A stretch of DNA of 64,000 nt, taken from positions 58,784-122,783 of the forward strand of contig JBOFUV010000097.1 of the NCBI GenBank assembly GCA_051652765.1. The letters are read 5' to 3'. The translations under genes were made by a program, and so were the position numbers. Shown piece by piece: positions 41,201-52,189 of this stretch (within the stretch, counting starts at the first letter, position 1; each line of letters opens with the position of its first letter). The DNA is from Microcoleaceae cyanobacterium (GTDB lineage: Bacteria; Cyanobacteriota; Cyanobacteriia; Cyanobacteriales; Microcoleaceae). A model generated the notes under the pieces. It searched no databases. It was given only the letters and a program-made list of their open reading frames with translations, and had not been told where the DNA came from.

Positions 41201-42018
41201 ACACTTACGGCGGCATTGGCGGTAACAAAAGAGAACCTGCTGCTGCCACACCGATTTTCTTTGGACATTTTGCCTATGGGTTGGCAGAGGTTGTTCAGGA
41301 ACCTCTGACGGATGAACTGCGGTTTGAGATCCGTTACTATCAGATTTACACCCACAACACCGATGGTTTGGTTGCAGGGGTGCTGCACTGGTCGAGGTAT
41401 CTAGGCGATCGCCAGTTTGGCTGGGTTGGGGTGCGGCCAACCTGTGACTTACTGGTCAAGTTAGATATCTTTACAGAGAATTATGATCTGAATGGCCAGA
41501 AAGTCTCACCGCTCAATTCCATGCTGCGGCAATTGCAAGTCATGACTGCTCGTTACCGAATTGGGGATGGAACGGGGGGAACCTATGTTGGACCAGCTAA
41601 TAACTGTTCCCAAGATTCTAACCGAGCATTATTTGCCAGTATTCAATCGATGCGGCAGTCTTTTAAGGACAATCCCCAAGCTGCCCAAGCTCTGTTCAAT
41701 TCAGGGACTAGCCAAGAACAACGATTAACGCAGTTGTATCAGTTGGGTAAGGACTTGGAGTCCAAACTCCAAGCCTTCGGCGGCCCTCGTTCAGACTGGG
41801 AGGAGAATGAGTATAACCTAGGCAGTACGTTGGAGGATCAACCCTTGCGGAACCTCTGGGCTGGGCTGGGCAGTTGGCGGACGATGTTGCCTCGATTGGC
41901 GAGCGAAACCATTGTTGAAATTTTTCTCCAGTATGGGGCAACGGTTTGGGTACTCCGAACCAATCAAATTGGCGGCCATGATCCTGATATTGAACCTATT
42001 GCCCTGACCCGGATCTGA
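38209..42018 (+). CDS. Large multidomain membrane protein: TM region + alpha/beta hydrolase + permuted papain-like domain
   Basis: N-terminal TMs; YLDGIG..LIGYSGG..GDQD..GH; C-terminal FFGHFAYG..NNCSQDS. Confidence 0.75.
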   Translation: MMPEPVANTLFDLIRGAFALNSEAFQQIADLPNVVSALVVVLLAEISLGIGESIVLFINRVKPGRFILSLFVNAVLFTLGFLFLVFSTWLICQLPWSVKVSFSDLVKEFGFSYAPLLFGFLGALPYLGVPILNLLSIWRLLAMVVGFATLAGVGAETAFGYVVIGWIALQVFEKTLGQPIVRLFKQISDRAAGVKLDRGRAGLRNRVQSDLWDVSTPMQKGDPMHQGDRTTLLEVEQLIRSANRSHPEAAQAVAQSIQNITQLEGTGSKPSKPTRKPQNYVIQTVDTNDPVVQLNQSTRNIPHLIKLALSLLAMAILFMVIAILLKPIRNNLFGWLENLPGILLLVFNLVWIGVVAIVFAGLLAPLETLGWWAGWYGDGVNTLGTGIGLQSQSLGQATADADDASEVSHYIVYLDGIGQSGETYTPDVEEFLDALQVSLPPDTKLIQGLMMYSVLNKPLNEDRPLAFFWRLADKMRLANPAALLGVLLNLRNVLIVAVSADKRYGPIYNQGIAQVLYDGLIQEGYQPGSGTSITLIGYSGGGEMSVAAAPYLRRAMGTAIEVISLGGVMSANNNFLKLEHLYHLVGDQDTVEQIGPIIFPGRWKVFPLSYWNRAKRKGKITIFSLGPVGHQVPGGMLDPNAFLLDGRSNLQQTIEVILAILQGEALVTEDSIPRKPSNYSRYKQAEFTHPEFYPIDQTVDLNWYQPIGNWMGRLILPKPEERQKLRGIWIEVHYAPVAYQNLVGQVVKLGWINEPWIKKLVTAVTKDIHFSADAEFSSKYGGLVHPDRLNHWRRVGPLESLAGSRPMDDLIVMLLGEVIVEYTAAVLQGSPATPTLRIASQPMEISGRYYSVVQFIEPTGTEQFRVRHFNKASRQFDGLEEVVMMPQVMADENGCFPSTSRDLEKGALNEQGWYIYGAKNQTGQFVVQSLAPRDLFTVHPQEIVFGGKQGYSYIRNQAWSNIVAQKGKISSVLISPQEVGIQAAIDQWQVGDRALVLHTYGGIGGNKREPAAATPIFFGHFAYGLAEVVQEPLTDELRFEIRYYQIYTHNTDGLVAGVLHWSRYLGDRQFGWVGVRPTCDLLVKLDIFTENYDLNGQKVSPLNSMLRQLQVMTARYRIGDGTGGTYVGPANNCSQDSNRALFASIQSMRQSFKDNPQAAQALFNSGTSQEQRLTQLYQLGKDLESKLQAFGGPRSDWEENEYNLGSTLEDQPLRNLWAGLGSWRTMLPRLASETIVEIFLQYGATVWVLRTNQIGGHDPDIEPIALTRI

Positions 42019-42069
42019 CAGGGTGTTGGATTGGGTGTTTCCTGAGACAGCAGCCCTTCTGAACATTAC

Positions 42070-42321
42070 TCACCTTACTGCCAATCGCCCTGAATGGTAA
42101 ACGCTAGCTTTCTCAAGCTCAGGAATCGCAGCCCGTAAAGACTCTGCTATCCCTTGCTGAAAGTGTTCAAGTCTCTGGTTGAAGCTGGCATTGGCTGCGT
42201 TCTGGGGGAACCGTTGGGCCAGGAGGTTGGGCTGAGCGGGAATGGCAAGGCGAGGGAGTGTGGCGAGAAAAGCTGTCAGTGCTAAGGTGCAAAGTTTCAG
42301 CTTGGTGCGGTTGTTTGCCAT
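42070..42321 (-). CDS. Small exported hypothetical protein (83 aa)
   Basis: MANNRTKLKLCTLALTAFLA signal-like start, 17 nt downstream of hisA. Confidence 0.5.
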   Translation of the reverse strand: MANNRTKLKLCTLALTAFLATLPRLAIPAQPNLLAQRFPQNAANASFNQRLEHFQQGIAESLRAAIPELEKASVYHSGRLAVR

Positions 42322-42338
42322 GATTCCGATTCGTTCAG

Positions 42339-43112
42339 TTAAGCCAATAGCGTTCCTCCGAAATCGGGAGGAACATCCTGCCAACGACCCTGACCAACTG
42401 CCCGAATTGCATCTTTGAGGATCACGTCTCCGGTATACAAGGCCCGACCAACAATAACTCCCGTGACCCCCAGGGGTTCCAGGGAGAGAAGACTCAGCAA
42501 ATCTGTGATTGAACTCACGCCCCCTGAGGCGATCACAGGAATCGCAACGACTTCTGCTAATTCCCGTAGAGCGGCCTTGTTTGGCCCCTGAAGGGTTCCA
42601 TCTCGATGAATATCGGTGTAGATGATCGCGGCTGCACCTAGCTGAGCCATTTGATGGGCCAAATCCGTTGCCAGCACTTCTGACGTTTCCAGCCAACCCC
42701 GAGTAGCCACTTTGCCGTTGCGAGCATCAATTCCCGCAACAATCTGTCCAGGAAACTCTTGGGCTAATTGTGCCAGGAGTTGAGGGTTTTCAACGGCAAC
42801 GGTTCCCAAAATCACCTGGTTCACCCCCAAACCCAGCAGGGCTGCGACTGAGTCTCGATTTCGTAATCCTCCTCCCACTTGAACCGGAATCTCAATTGCA
42901 TTCACAATCGCCTCAATGACGGGATAGTTTGTCGGTTGACCTGTTTTTGCCCCATCTAAATCGACGAGGTGTAACCGAGTTGCTCCCTGGTCGATCCATT
43001 GACTAGCGACTGAAACGGGATCTTCATTAAAGGTTTGGGATTGAGTGTAGTCCCCCTGATAGAGGCGGACACATTTGCCATCCAGTAAGTCAATCGCAGG
43101 AATAACGTTCAT
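42339..43112 (-). CDS. hisA: ProFAR isomerase HisA
   Basis: [43 protein letters not shown]. Confidence 0.96.
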   Translation of the reverse strand: MNVIPAIDLLDGKCVRLYQGDYTQSQTFNEDPVSVASQWIDQGATRLHLVDLDGAKTGQPTNYPVIEAIVNAIEIPVQVGGGLRNRDSVAALLGLGVNQVILGTVAVENPQLLAQLAQEFPGQIVAGIDARNGKVATRGWLETSEVLATDLAHQMAQLGAAAIIYTDIHRDGTLQGPNKAALRELAEVVAIPVIASGGVSSITDLLSLLSLEPLGVTGVIVGRALYTGDVILKDAIRAVGQGRWQDVPPDFGGTLLA

Positions 43113-43205
43113 CTGTTAAGTAGATAGGTTCAAGTCAATTAAATATGGTATTCCTTGCAGACCTCCAAGGTGTTGTCGCCCTTCTGGCAAGTGATAACAG
43201 GAGGT

Positions 43206-43250
43206 CTGCGTTTAATTCTTCTGCGTTTAATTCTTCTGCGTTTAATTCTA
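43206..43250. repeat. 15-bp tandem repeat x3
   Basis: tctgcgtttaattct units. Confidence 0.85.
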
Positions 43251-43272
43251 TTGAGACACTCTTCTAATCATC

Positions 43273-45603
43273 CTAAGCATTTTGGGGAACTTTGTTGAGG
43301 CGACGGAGGCTGAGAACGTCACTGATATTTCTGATCTGAGTGCAGGTTCGCTCAAATTGAGAGCGGTTGCAAATTTCAACCCCGAGTTCAATAATGGCCG
43401 GAGCGCCTCGGAACGTTTTGACCTGAGCGCTACAGACATTCACGTTATTGTCCTTGAGGCGAGATAAAACATCATTCAGTATCCCTACCCGATCCAGAAC
43501 TTCAATTTGAATCTTAACAAAATAGGTTTGGGGGCGGCCTTCCTGTGGAGAGACTGGATTCCAACTGAGAGGAACCAAGTGGTCACCAGAAGCCTTATCC
43601 ACATTCTGACACCCGAGGCGATGAATCGAAATCCCTCGACTACAGGTGACTACTCCAATAATCGATTCCCCAGGAATTGGGTTACAACACCCAGCAATGT
43701 GGTGCATCAATCCCTCTACCCCCATGATCGGCGAGTGGCTCTTCTTGGTAGATGAAACAGCACAGGAGTTTACTGACCCAACAGTTGCCAGATACAGTTC
43801 ACTGTCAAAGGTCTGGGGCTGAGGAACTTCCCGAATCTGAGAGGAATCCTTGACGGCATCTCGCAACCGATTGACGACATGGTTCAAGGTCACTTCTCCA
43901 TAGCCTAGAGCGGCAAGCAGATCTTCTCCCGTGTGATAGTTGCAGCGTTGAGCGGCAGTTTGCATCGCATCAGACTTGAGCAAAGATTCAAACCCGCTTT
44001 TGCCCATTTCCTTCTCTAGCATTTCTCGCCCTCTGGCTAGATTTTCATCCCGGTGCGATCGCTTATACCATTGGCGAATTCTGTTTTTGGCGGCGCTGGT
44101 TTTGACAAAGTTCAACCAATCCAAACTCGGGTGGCTGTTCTTCTGAGTCAGAATCTCAACAATATCTCCATTCTTCAGGGGAGTATCCAGGGGCACAATG
44201 CGATCATTGACCTTGGCTCCCCTGCAATGATTGCCAATTTCAGTATGAACTCGATAGGCAAAATCAACTGGGGTTGATGCATGGTTCAGGGCAATCACAT
44301 CCCCTTCCGGGGTAAACGCATAGACATCTTCAGCAAATAAATTATCTTTAATACTTTCTAAATATTCCTTGGCATCTTTCAGATCATTTTGCCATTCCAA
44401 CAGTTGCCGTAACCAGGTAAACTTTTCATCTCCCTGGTTCATTTTGAATCCAGATCCGCCAGTTTCTTTATACTTCCAATGGGCAGCAATCCCATACTCT
44501 GCAATATGGTGCATTGCAACCGTGCGGATCTGAACTTCTACCGGGCGACCTGCGTTGCCAATGACGCAAGTATGTAACGATTGATAACGGTTTGGTTTGG
44601 GCAAACCAATATAATCTTTAAACCGACCTGGAATCGGTCGAAAAGCGTCATGAACAATGGCCAGAGAGCGATAACATTCTTCGTTTGTTTCAACAATCAG
44701 TCGCAGGGCAGCAATGTCATAGATTTCATGAAACTGTTTTTGATGCTGCTGCATTTTGCGATAGATTCCATATAAATGTTTGGGACGACCCGTGACTTCA
44801 AAGCATCTAATTCCTGATTTTTCTAGCCGACTCCGAAGTAGTTCTGCGGCCTTAGCTAGATTTTCTTCTCGGATTGCCCGCTTGTCTGAAACCAGAGTTC
44901 GGATTTCTTTATAAGCCTCTGGTTCTAAATATTTAAAGGCTAAATCTTCTAGCTCCCACTTGAATTGACCAATCCCTAAACGATGGGCTAGGGGCGCAAA
45001 AATTTCGCGGGTTTCCAGGGCAATACCGCGACGCTTTTCATCGGGGAGAAATTCAAGGGTTCTCATGTTGTGTAAGCGGTCAGCCAACTTAACAACAATC
45101 ACCCGAATATCCTTCGCCATTGCCAAAAACATCCGCCGAAAATTTTCTGCTAGGCGTTCTGTTTTACTCGAAAAATTAAATTTAGAAAGTTTAGTAACAG
45201 CTTCAACTAAATATCTAATTTCTGACCCAAAAAGTTGCTCTAATTCTTCAGGGGTAACCTCCGTATCTTCAATCACATCATGCAGCAATCCTGCGGCAAT
45301 TGTGACGCTGTCACTACCAAGATGACGAAGCAGTCCGGCTACGGCAATCGGATGATTAATGTAGGGTTCTCCAGATTTGCGATTCTGTCCTTGATGAAGC
45401 TGATACGCAAATTGAAATGCCCGAACCACCAAGTCATCATTATTCAAGTCAGAAGAGTCTTTGGCGATATCATCTGTTCCTTGGAATGGCGTGAGTTGTT
45501 GACCCAACCAATCCGGAATCTCACAGTTGTAGGAAGCTGAAGAGACAGGAGTTGAAGTGGAATAGGAGCTAGGGGAAGTAGAAGCTAATATTTCAGTATT
45601 CAT
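43273..45603 (-). CDS. rel: Bifunctional (p)ppGpp synthetase/hydrolase Rel
   Basis: RKSGEPYINHP, LHDVIED, KLADRLHNMRT, YQSLHT, EVQIRT, TGS and ACT domains. Confidence 0.96.
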   Translation of the reverse strand: MNTEILASTSPSSYSTSTPVSSASYNCEIPDWLGQQLTPFQGTDDIAKDSSDLNNDDLVVRAFQFAYQLHQGQNRKSGEPYINHPIAVAGLLRHLGSDSVTIAAGLLHDVIEDTEVTPEELEQLFGSEIRYLVEAVTKLSKFNFSSKTERLAENFRRMFLAMAKDIRVIVVKLADRLHNMRTLEFLPDEKRRGIALETREIFAPLAHRLGIGQFKWELEDLAFKYLEPEAYKEIRTLVSDKRAIREENLAKAAELLRSRLEKSGIRCFEVTGRPKHLYGIYRKMQQHQKQFHEIYDIAALRLIVETNEECYRSLAIVHDAFRPIPGRFKDYIGLPKPNRYQSLHTCVIGNAGRPVEVQIRTVAMHHIAEYGIAAHWKYKETGGSGFKMNQGDEKFTWLRQLLEWQNDLKDAKEYLESIKDNLFAEDVYAFTPEGDVIALNHASTPVDFAYRVHTEIGNHCRGAKVNDRIVPLDTPLKNGDIVEILTQKNSHPSLDWLNFVKTSAAKNRIRQWYKRSHRDENLARGREMLEKEMGKSGFESLLKSDAMQTAAQRCNYHTGEDLLAALGYGEVTLNHVVNRLRDAVKDSSQIREVPQPQTFDSELYLATVGSVNSCAVSSTKKSHSPIMGVEGLMHHIAGCCNPIPGESIIGVVTCSRGISIHRLGCQNVDKASGDHLVPLSWNPVSPQEGRPQTYFVKIQIEVLDRVGILNDVLSRLKDNNVNVCSAQVKTFRGAPAIIELGVEICNRSQFERTCTQIRNISDVLSLRRLNKVPQNA

Positions 45604-46393
45604 AGTAGTTAGCTAGGGTTGATGTTTACAACATTTCGGGCACTTTGAGGAGAATTTTTGACAATTATCCAATGTTCTCAAGACTGACTTGAGGGGTTTA
45701 ACATTCTATCCATTCAAAGCAACCTTGCGCTTAGCTTTTGGATCGCAAAAGTTAAGATGGCTATTGAGCACCTTCTCAAACAATAGGTACAACAATTCCA
45801 CCTAACTCTATGATGAGTACAGATACTTTATCCCCGACGATGAGGAAGGGTCGTGCTCACACCTGTAACCAGGTGAACTCATCAGAAGTGCTGCAATGTA
45901 GTCTCTAGCACACAGAGACTAACCTTACGGAAATTAGCTCATGAAAGCTGATTTCCAGATTGAAAAGCCTAGAAGTTGGGCTAGGCTCAATCAAATTGAA
46001 CGATAGTTAAACAACAATTATCGCTCTTCTTCGTGACTCAACCTAACTTATTTAAGGCATCTTCTTCGCTGATTGATCACTTAATTGATCGCTAACGGTT
46101 GCTCTGCCTGAATCACCCACTACTACCCCCACTGAATCAAGGCTCGATTCGCTCTTAAGGCCATTTGCTGACCCGATCAAAAACTACAGTCTCTTCTGCA
46201 CAGACATGATATCCAAGAGGGCAATCACCCTGCAAGTATGAAACTCTCTCCAAACCCGTCCCGGTCAGACAATCAGTCACGACAAAGACAATCGCTAGAA
46301 TTCCCCTGACTTCAAAATCGTGTAGCCTTAAGATTCCCTTAATAAACGTAGTATATCTTAAAATCTTTAACAATATGTTACCAAATCGGATAG

Positions 46394-47443
<1,050 letters not shown>

Positions 47444-47475
47444 TGACGGGTTTAACTTGATCTGCCAATCTGCAT

Positions 47476-47508
47476 TCAAGTTTCGCAGGTTCAACCTGCG
47501 AAACTTGA
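47476..47508. terminator. Palindrome with 16-bp arms after ilvC
   Basis: tcaagtttcgcaggtt-c-aacctgcgaaacttga between convergent genes. Confidence 0.65.
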
Positions 47509-47624
47509 GTACTGACTCTTAAAAATTGCAGAGGTACGTCAGTCTAGGGGTTATGTTGGTTTGTGTCAGGCTAGCGAGGCCCAACATTCTCAAGTAGCTA
47601 TCAGGTTTTACTGTCATCACCGCT

Positions 47625-47840
47625 TTATTGTCCTAGCTGCTTTAGTTCTTCCTCTCGTTGCTCATTGGTGTCCTTGGGTTGTAACCAACTTGGCCAAAAG
47701 CTGCCAAAAAACTCCCGAGTTTTGACACTGACATTCCGGGCAGATTGGGGTAAGAAGCTCCAACTGTCCCCAGAAAGTACAAAGAAGAGCATCCCGAGAA
47801 CAATGAGCATACTTAGCAAGCCTCTAATCGGTTTTTTCAT
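47625..47840 (-). CDS. Small single-TM hypothetical protein
   Basis: MKKPIRGLLSMLIVLGMLFF.., FLPQSARNVS..WPSWLQPKDTNEQRE; ATG at 47840 preferred. Confidence 0.6.
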   Translation of the reverse strand: MKKPIRGLLSMLIVLGMLFFVLSGDSWSFLPQSARNVSVKTREFFGSFWPSWLQPKDTNEQREEELKQLGQ

Positions 47841-48096
47841 TGCTCGTTTAGGAAGATGAATTTGTGCAGACTGTTTCTGTGCTCTATTGTATGCAACATC
47901 ATCTGCTTTGTAAGAGCCTTGATCAACTTCAGTATAGGAACTAAGTTTAGGGCTAAAATCGTGATAGGCTGACGTATCTTGAATTTTCTCGTCCAAGCCT
48001 TTAATCTGGACTGCTTGAAAGCCACAGGCACTTCCCTCGATAACTTTACCTGACACACTCAACTCACCTGCTAACTACAGCACAACCAAAATTCCG

Positions 48097-49080
48097 ATGG
48101 CACAAACCCTCCTGTTTAATGCACTGCGACAAGCAACCGACGAAGAAATGGCCCGAGACCCTTCCGTCTTTGTTTTGGGAGAAGATGTAGGGCACTACGG
48201 CGGTTCGTATAAAGTCACTAAGGATCTCCATCAAAAATATGGCGACCTGCGGGTTCTAGATACTCCAATTGCTGAAAATAGTTTTACAGGGTTAGCGGTT
48301 GGCGCAGCAATGACGGGGTTACGTCCGATTATTGAAGGCATGAACATGGGATTTTTGTTACTCGCCTTCAATCAAATTGCCAATAATGCTGGAATGCTGA
48401 GATATACTTCCGGGGGGAACTTCACAATGCCCCTAGTGATTCGTGGCCCTGGGGGAGTCGGAAGGCAGTTAGGAGCTGAACACTCTCAGCGACTAGAGGC
48501 TTATTTTCAAGGAGTTCCAGGTCTGAAAATTGTGGCTTGTTCCACCCCATACAATGCCAAAGGATTGTTGAAAGCTGCCATTCGGGACAATAATCCCGTC
48601 TTGTTTTTTGAGCATGTCCTGCTCTACAACTTGAAAGACGATTTGCCAGAGGAAGAATACGTTCTTCCTCTTGACAAGGCTGAGATAGTACGTTCAGGCA
48701 AGGATGTGACGATCCTGACGTATTCCCGGATGAGACATCATGTGGTTCAAGCTGTACCCAATCTGGTGAAGCAAGGATACGACCCCGAAGTCATTGATTT
48801 GATTTCTTTGAAGCCTCTGGACTTGGAAACGATTGGAGAGTCGATTCGCAAAACCCATCGTGTTGTTGTCGTTGAGGAGTGTATGAAAACGGGAGGGATT
48901 GGGGCAGAAATTGTCGCCTCTATCACCGAGCGTTTCTTTGATGAACTCGATGCCCCCGTTCTGCGGCTTGCATCTCAAGATATTCCTACCCCCTACAATG
49001 GATCATTAGAACGGTTAACAATTGTCCAGCCCGAACAGATTGTTGAAGCCGTCCAGAAACTGATGACCCGTCAACTTTAG
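48097..49080 (+). CDS. pdhB: Pyruvate dehydrogenase E1 beta subunit
   Basis: [34 protein letters not shown]. Confidence 0.96.
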   Translation: MAQTLLFNALRQATDEEMARDPSVFVLGEDVGHYGGSYKVTKDLHQKYGDLRVLDTPIAENSFTGLAVGAAMTGLRPIIEGMNMGFLLLAFNQIANNAGMLRYTSGGNFTMPLVIRGPGGVGRQLGAEHSQRLEAYFQGVPGLKIVACSTPYNAKGLLKAAIRDNNPVLFFEHVLLYNLKDDLPEEEYVLPLDKAEIVRSGKDVTILTYSRMRHHVVQAVPNLVKQGYDPEVIDLISLKPLDLETIGESIRKTHRVVVVEECMKTGGIGAEIVASITERFFDELDAPVLRLASQDIPTPYNGSLERLTIVQPEQIVEAVQKLMTRQL

Positions 49081-49117
49081 TCTCCAATTTAGTCTGCGTT
49101 CAGTATTCAGTTCAGTC

Positions 49118-49171
49118 TCAAGTCTAGAACTCAAGTCTAGAACTAAAGTTTAGAACTCAAGTTTAGAACTA
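49118..49171. repeat. 13-bp tandem repeat x4
   Basis: ctcaagtctagaa / ctaaagtttagaa units. Confidence 0.8.
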
Positions 49172-49184
49172 CAAATGTTGATCC

Positions 49185-50594
49185 ATGCGAAAACAGCGTG
49201 AACTGCTTATTCTAATTCTGGTGGTCGTTTTGGCCTCAATCCTGATCTTGGTGAAGATTCCCATGCGGTTGGGATTGGATTTACAAGGGGGTTCCCAACT
49301 TACCATCCAACTTAAACCGTCCAAGGAAGTACCTACCATTGACCCGCAAACCTTAGAGTCAGTGCAGCAGGTGGTTGAAAAACGGGTAAATGGATTGGGA
49401 GTGTCTGAAGCTGTAGTTCAAACGGTAGGCGAGGATCAAATCTTGGTACAACTCCCTGGAGTAAGCGACCCAGAGCAGGCTGAACGAGTACTAGGGGGCA
49501 CTGCTCAACTCGATTTTCGCGAACAGAGGCCAGAGACAACAGCAGAAGAATTACGGGCGCAAGTGCAAGCCAAATTCTTTACACAGATGCAATTGGAACA
49601 GGAACAGCAGGTCGGTGACTCAGAAGCCGTTGCCAAGTCCCTAACCTCTCTAGAACAAGCCAAGACAGATATTGCGGCGCTCTACAAAGAGCCCACGATT
49701 CGGGGTCAAGAGTTGAAATTCGCCCAAGCTGAACCTACTGGAGGAGACAACTGGAATGTGGCGCTCCAGTTTAACCCCCAAGGGGGAGAGAAATTTGCCG
49801 AGTTAACCAAGAGCTTGGCTGGAACAGGGCGTACCATTGGCATTTTTCTAGACAATGACTTGATCAGTTATCCCGTGGTTGGAGTTGAATTTGCTGAGAC
49901 GGGGATCGCTGGGGGAAATGCTGTGATTACTGGGAGCTTTACCGTCGATGAAGCCAATGATCTAGCAGTGCAACTGCGAGGCGGGGCGTTGCCTGTGCCT
50001 GTGGAAATTGTTGAAAACCGTACTGTTGGAGCAACCCTGGGGCGAGACAGTATTCAACGCAGTGTTTATGCAGGGCTGGCTGGACTGATTTTGGTGTTGA
50101 TTTTTATGGTACTTTATTATCGGCTTCCAGGGATTATTGCGGACATTGCCTTGATTATTTATTCCCTGTTGTCCCTGGCGGTATTTAATTTACTGGGAGT
50201 GACTCTGACCTTGCCAGGGATTGCTGGATTTATTCTCAGTATTGGCATGGCAGTCGATGCTAATGTACTGATTTTTGAACGGACGCGGGAGGAACTGCAG
50301 GCAGGAAAAACCCTGTATCGTTCTGTCGAGTCTGGATTTTATCGAGCATTCAGCAGTATTCTAGATGGCAATGTTACAACGGTTATTGCCTGTATTGCTC
50401 TGTTCTGGCTGGGAACAGGATTAGTTAAGGGATTTGCCTTGACCTTGGGCCTAGGAGTTGTGGTCAGCATGTTTACGGCCCTCACCTGTAGTCGAACTCT
50501 TTTATTCACGGCGATCGGTATTCCAGAGCTGCGTAAGCCAGAATTCTTTTGCCCAAATTTAAAGCCGGACTTGAAGAAGGCTACTTCTAGCTAA
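49185..50594 (+). CDS. secD: Protein translocase subunit SecD
   Basis: [37 protein letters not shown]. Confidence 0.97.
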   Translation: MRKQRELLILILVVVLASILILVKIPMRLGLDLQGGSQLTIQLKPSKEVPTIDPQTLESVQQVVEKRVNGLGVSEAVVQTVGEDQILVQLPGVSDPEQAERVLGGTAQLDFREQRPETTAEELRAQVQAKFFTQMQLEQEQQVGDSEAVAKSLTSLEQAKTDIAALYKEPTIRGQELKFAQAEPTGGDNWNVALQFNPQGGEKFAELTKSLAGTGRTIGIFLDNDLISYPVVGVEFAETGIAGGNAVITGSFTVDEANDLAVQLRGGALPVPVEIVENRTVGATLGRDSIQRSVYAGLAGLILVLIFMVLYYRLPGIIADIALIIYSLLSLAVFNLLGVTLTLPGIAGFILSIGMAVDANVLIFERTREELQAGKTLYRSVESGFYRAFSSILDGNVTTVIACIALFWLGTGLVKGFALTLGLGVVVSMFTALTCSRTLLFTAIGIPELRKPEFFCPNLKPDLKKATSS

Positions 50595-50645
50595 TGCCTT
50601 GTCAATACTTTGTTGATTCCTACTGTTGATCTAATCTGTTGACCT

Positions 50646-51638
50646 ATGAAGTTAAGTGTAAATAAGCAGCGATCGCTCTGGTGGGCAATTTCAGGGGCTG
50701 TCATCTTGGCAGGTTTAATCGGGATGGGGGTTTCCTGGACTCGGCCTGATATCAAAGCACCGCTGCGCCCTGGGCTTGACTTCATTGGCGGAACGCGGTT
50801 GCAACTTGAACTCGATTGCAGCCAGCCCAACAACTGTGATGGCCCCATCGATCTCACCCAAGTTCGAGACGTTTTGAGCAGCCAAGGGCTCGCCAATAGC
50901 TCAGTTCAGCTCCTGGATAAAGACCCCCGCAAGCGAGATCGGCAGATTGTTTCCATCCGAGCCAAAAGTTTGACGGTTGATGAGCGTACCCAACTTCAAA
51001 AGGCCCTGGGTGAATCGATTGGAGCCTTTGACTCCGCCGCAACTCAGATTGATACAGTTGGGCCAACCCTGGGTCGCCAGATTTTCAATGATGGACTGAA
51101 GGCGTTATTTCTCTCGTTTGCGGGGATTACTTTGTATCTCACCGTTCGCTTCCAGTTCGACTATGCCGTTTTTGCCTTTGTTGCATTGTTTCATGATGTG
51201 TTAGTCACAGTGGGTGTTTTTGCGATTCTGGGGTTGGTGCTGGGGGTCGAGGTCGATAGCTTGTTTCTGGTGGCGCTATTGACGATTATTGGGTTCTCCG
51301 TTAACGATACAGTCGTGATCTACGACCGCATTCGAGAGATCATCGCCAGAAATCCGGAGATGCCCATTGCTGAAGCCGTGGATAATGCCGTCAACCAAAC
51401 CTTGACGCGCTCTATCAATACTAGCCTGACGACAATGCTGCCCCTGATTGGGATTTTCATCTTTGGGGGTGAGACGCTCAAATATCTAGCCCTAGCGTTA
51501 ATCGTCGGGTTTATTGCTGGAGCTTACTCTAGCATTTTTATTGCCAGTACCCTCCTCACCTTGTGGCGTGAGCAGCGACCGCCAAAGCTCATACCGATAA
51601 CTCCAGAGTCTTCCCCAACGCCTGAGGGTCAAGACTAA
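50646..51638 (+). CDS. secF: Protein translocase subunit SecF
   Basis: [37 protein letters not shown]. Confidence 0.97.
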   Translation: MKLSVNKQRSLWWAISGAVILAGLIGMGVSWTRPDIKAPLRPGLDFIGGTRLQLELDCSQPNNCDGPIDLTQVRDVLSSQGLANSSVQLLDKDPRKRDRQIVSIRAKSLTVDERTQLQKALGESIGAFDSAATQIDTVGPTLGRQIFNDGLKALFLSFAGITLYLTVRFQFDYAVFAFVALFHDVLVTVGVFAILGLVLGVEVDSLFLVALLTIIGFSVNDTVVIYDRIREIIARNPEMPIAEAVDNAVNQTLTRSINTSLTTMLPLIGIFIFGGETLKYLALALIVGFIAGAYSSIFIASTLLTLWREQRPPKLIPITPESSPTPEGQD

Positions 51639-51655
51639 TCACCCGTGACTCAGTC

Positions 51656-52045
51656 ATGAATTCTGAACCTGTTCCCAAAGATCCCCAATTTCAAGCCCAA
51701 GTTCAGAGACTTCATCGACTGATCATTTGGGGACGCTGGCTGGTAATCCTGCTCTTGTGGTTGACAGTCGCCCCCCTCAGCTTGTGGGCAATTCGTTCTG
51801 AGATCGAACTTTGGCTTGAGTATTTTACTTGGACAGCAGTTCGTTATGCGATCGCTCACAATCCTTGGCCTTCAGTGGGTTTAAGTCTATGTATCGGTCT
51901 GACGGCGGGCTCTTTGGTCTGGCAAAGTCGAAATATTCTACGAGGATTTCCCCAAGCTTATCAAACTCGTCTTGAACAGTACATTGTAAAAATTCGCAAA
52001 CAAGGGCCCAGTCACCCTCTGTGGAAATGGGTGATTGGAGGCTAA
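51656..52045 (+). CDS. Hypothetical membrane protein
   Basis: Two TM segments, Trp-rich; directly follows secF. Confidence 0.7.
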   Translation: MNSEPVPKDPQFQAQVQRLHRLIIWGRWLVILLLWLTVAPLSLWAIRSEIELWLEYFTWTAVRYAIAHNPWPSVGLSLCIGLTAGSLVWQSRNILRGFPQAYQTRLEQYIVKIRKQGPSHPLWKWVIGG

Positions 52046-52189
52046 GCTAGAAAAATGCAGGAAACAATTTCAGGGTGCAGATAAACTCGTGGTCTCTTAA
52101 ACTCTTAGTCTCTTGGATAAACTTTCAGGGGCTAGCCAGCTTTCCTGCTGCTATGGTGTTTGTTAGGTTAACCTGATGCAACTTTACTT

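Noticed and set aside
42322..42696. N-terminal part of the 208-aa ORF 42070-42696
   Set aside because: Out-of-frame overlap with hisA; only the 83-aa part from ATG 42321 is plausible
45845..45890. CUGAUGA plus hairpin on the minus strand, suggesting a hammerhead ribozyme
   Set aside because: The required GAAA after stem II is absent
46155..46373. 72-aa minus-strand ORF in the rel-ilvC spacer (similarly 13117-13332 and 58001-58189)
   Set aside because: Non-ATG starts, no clear RBS or motif, located in probable promoter regions
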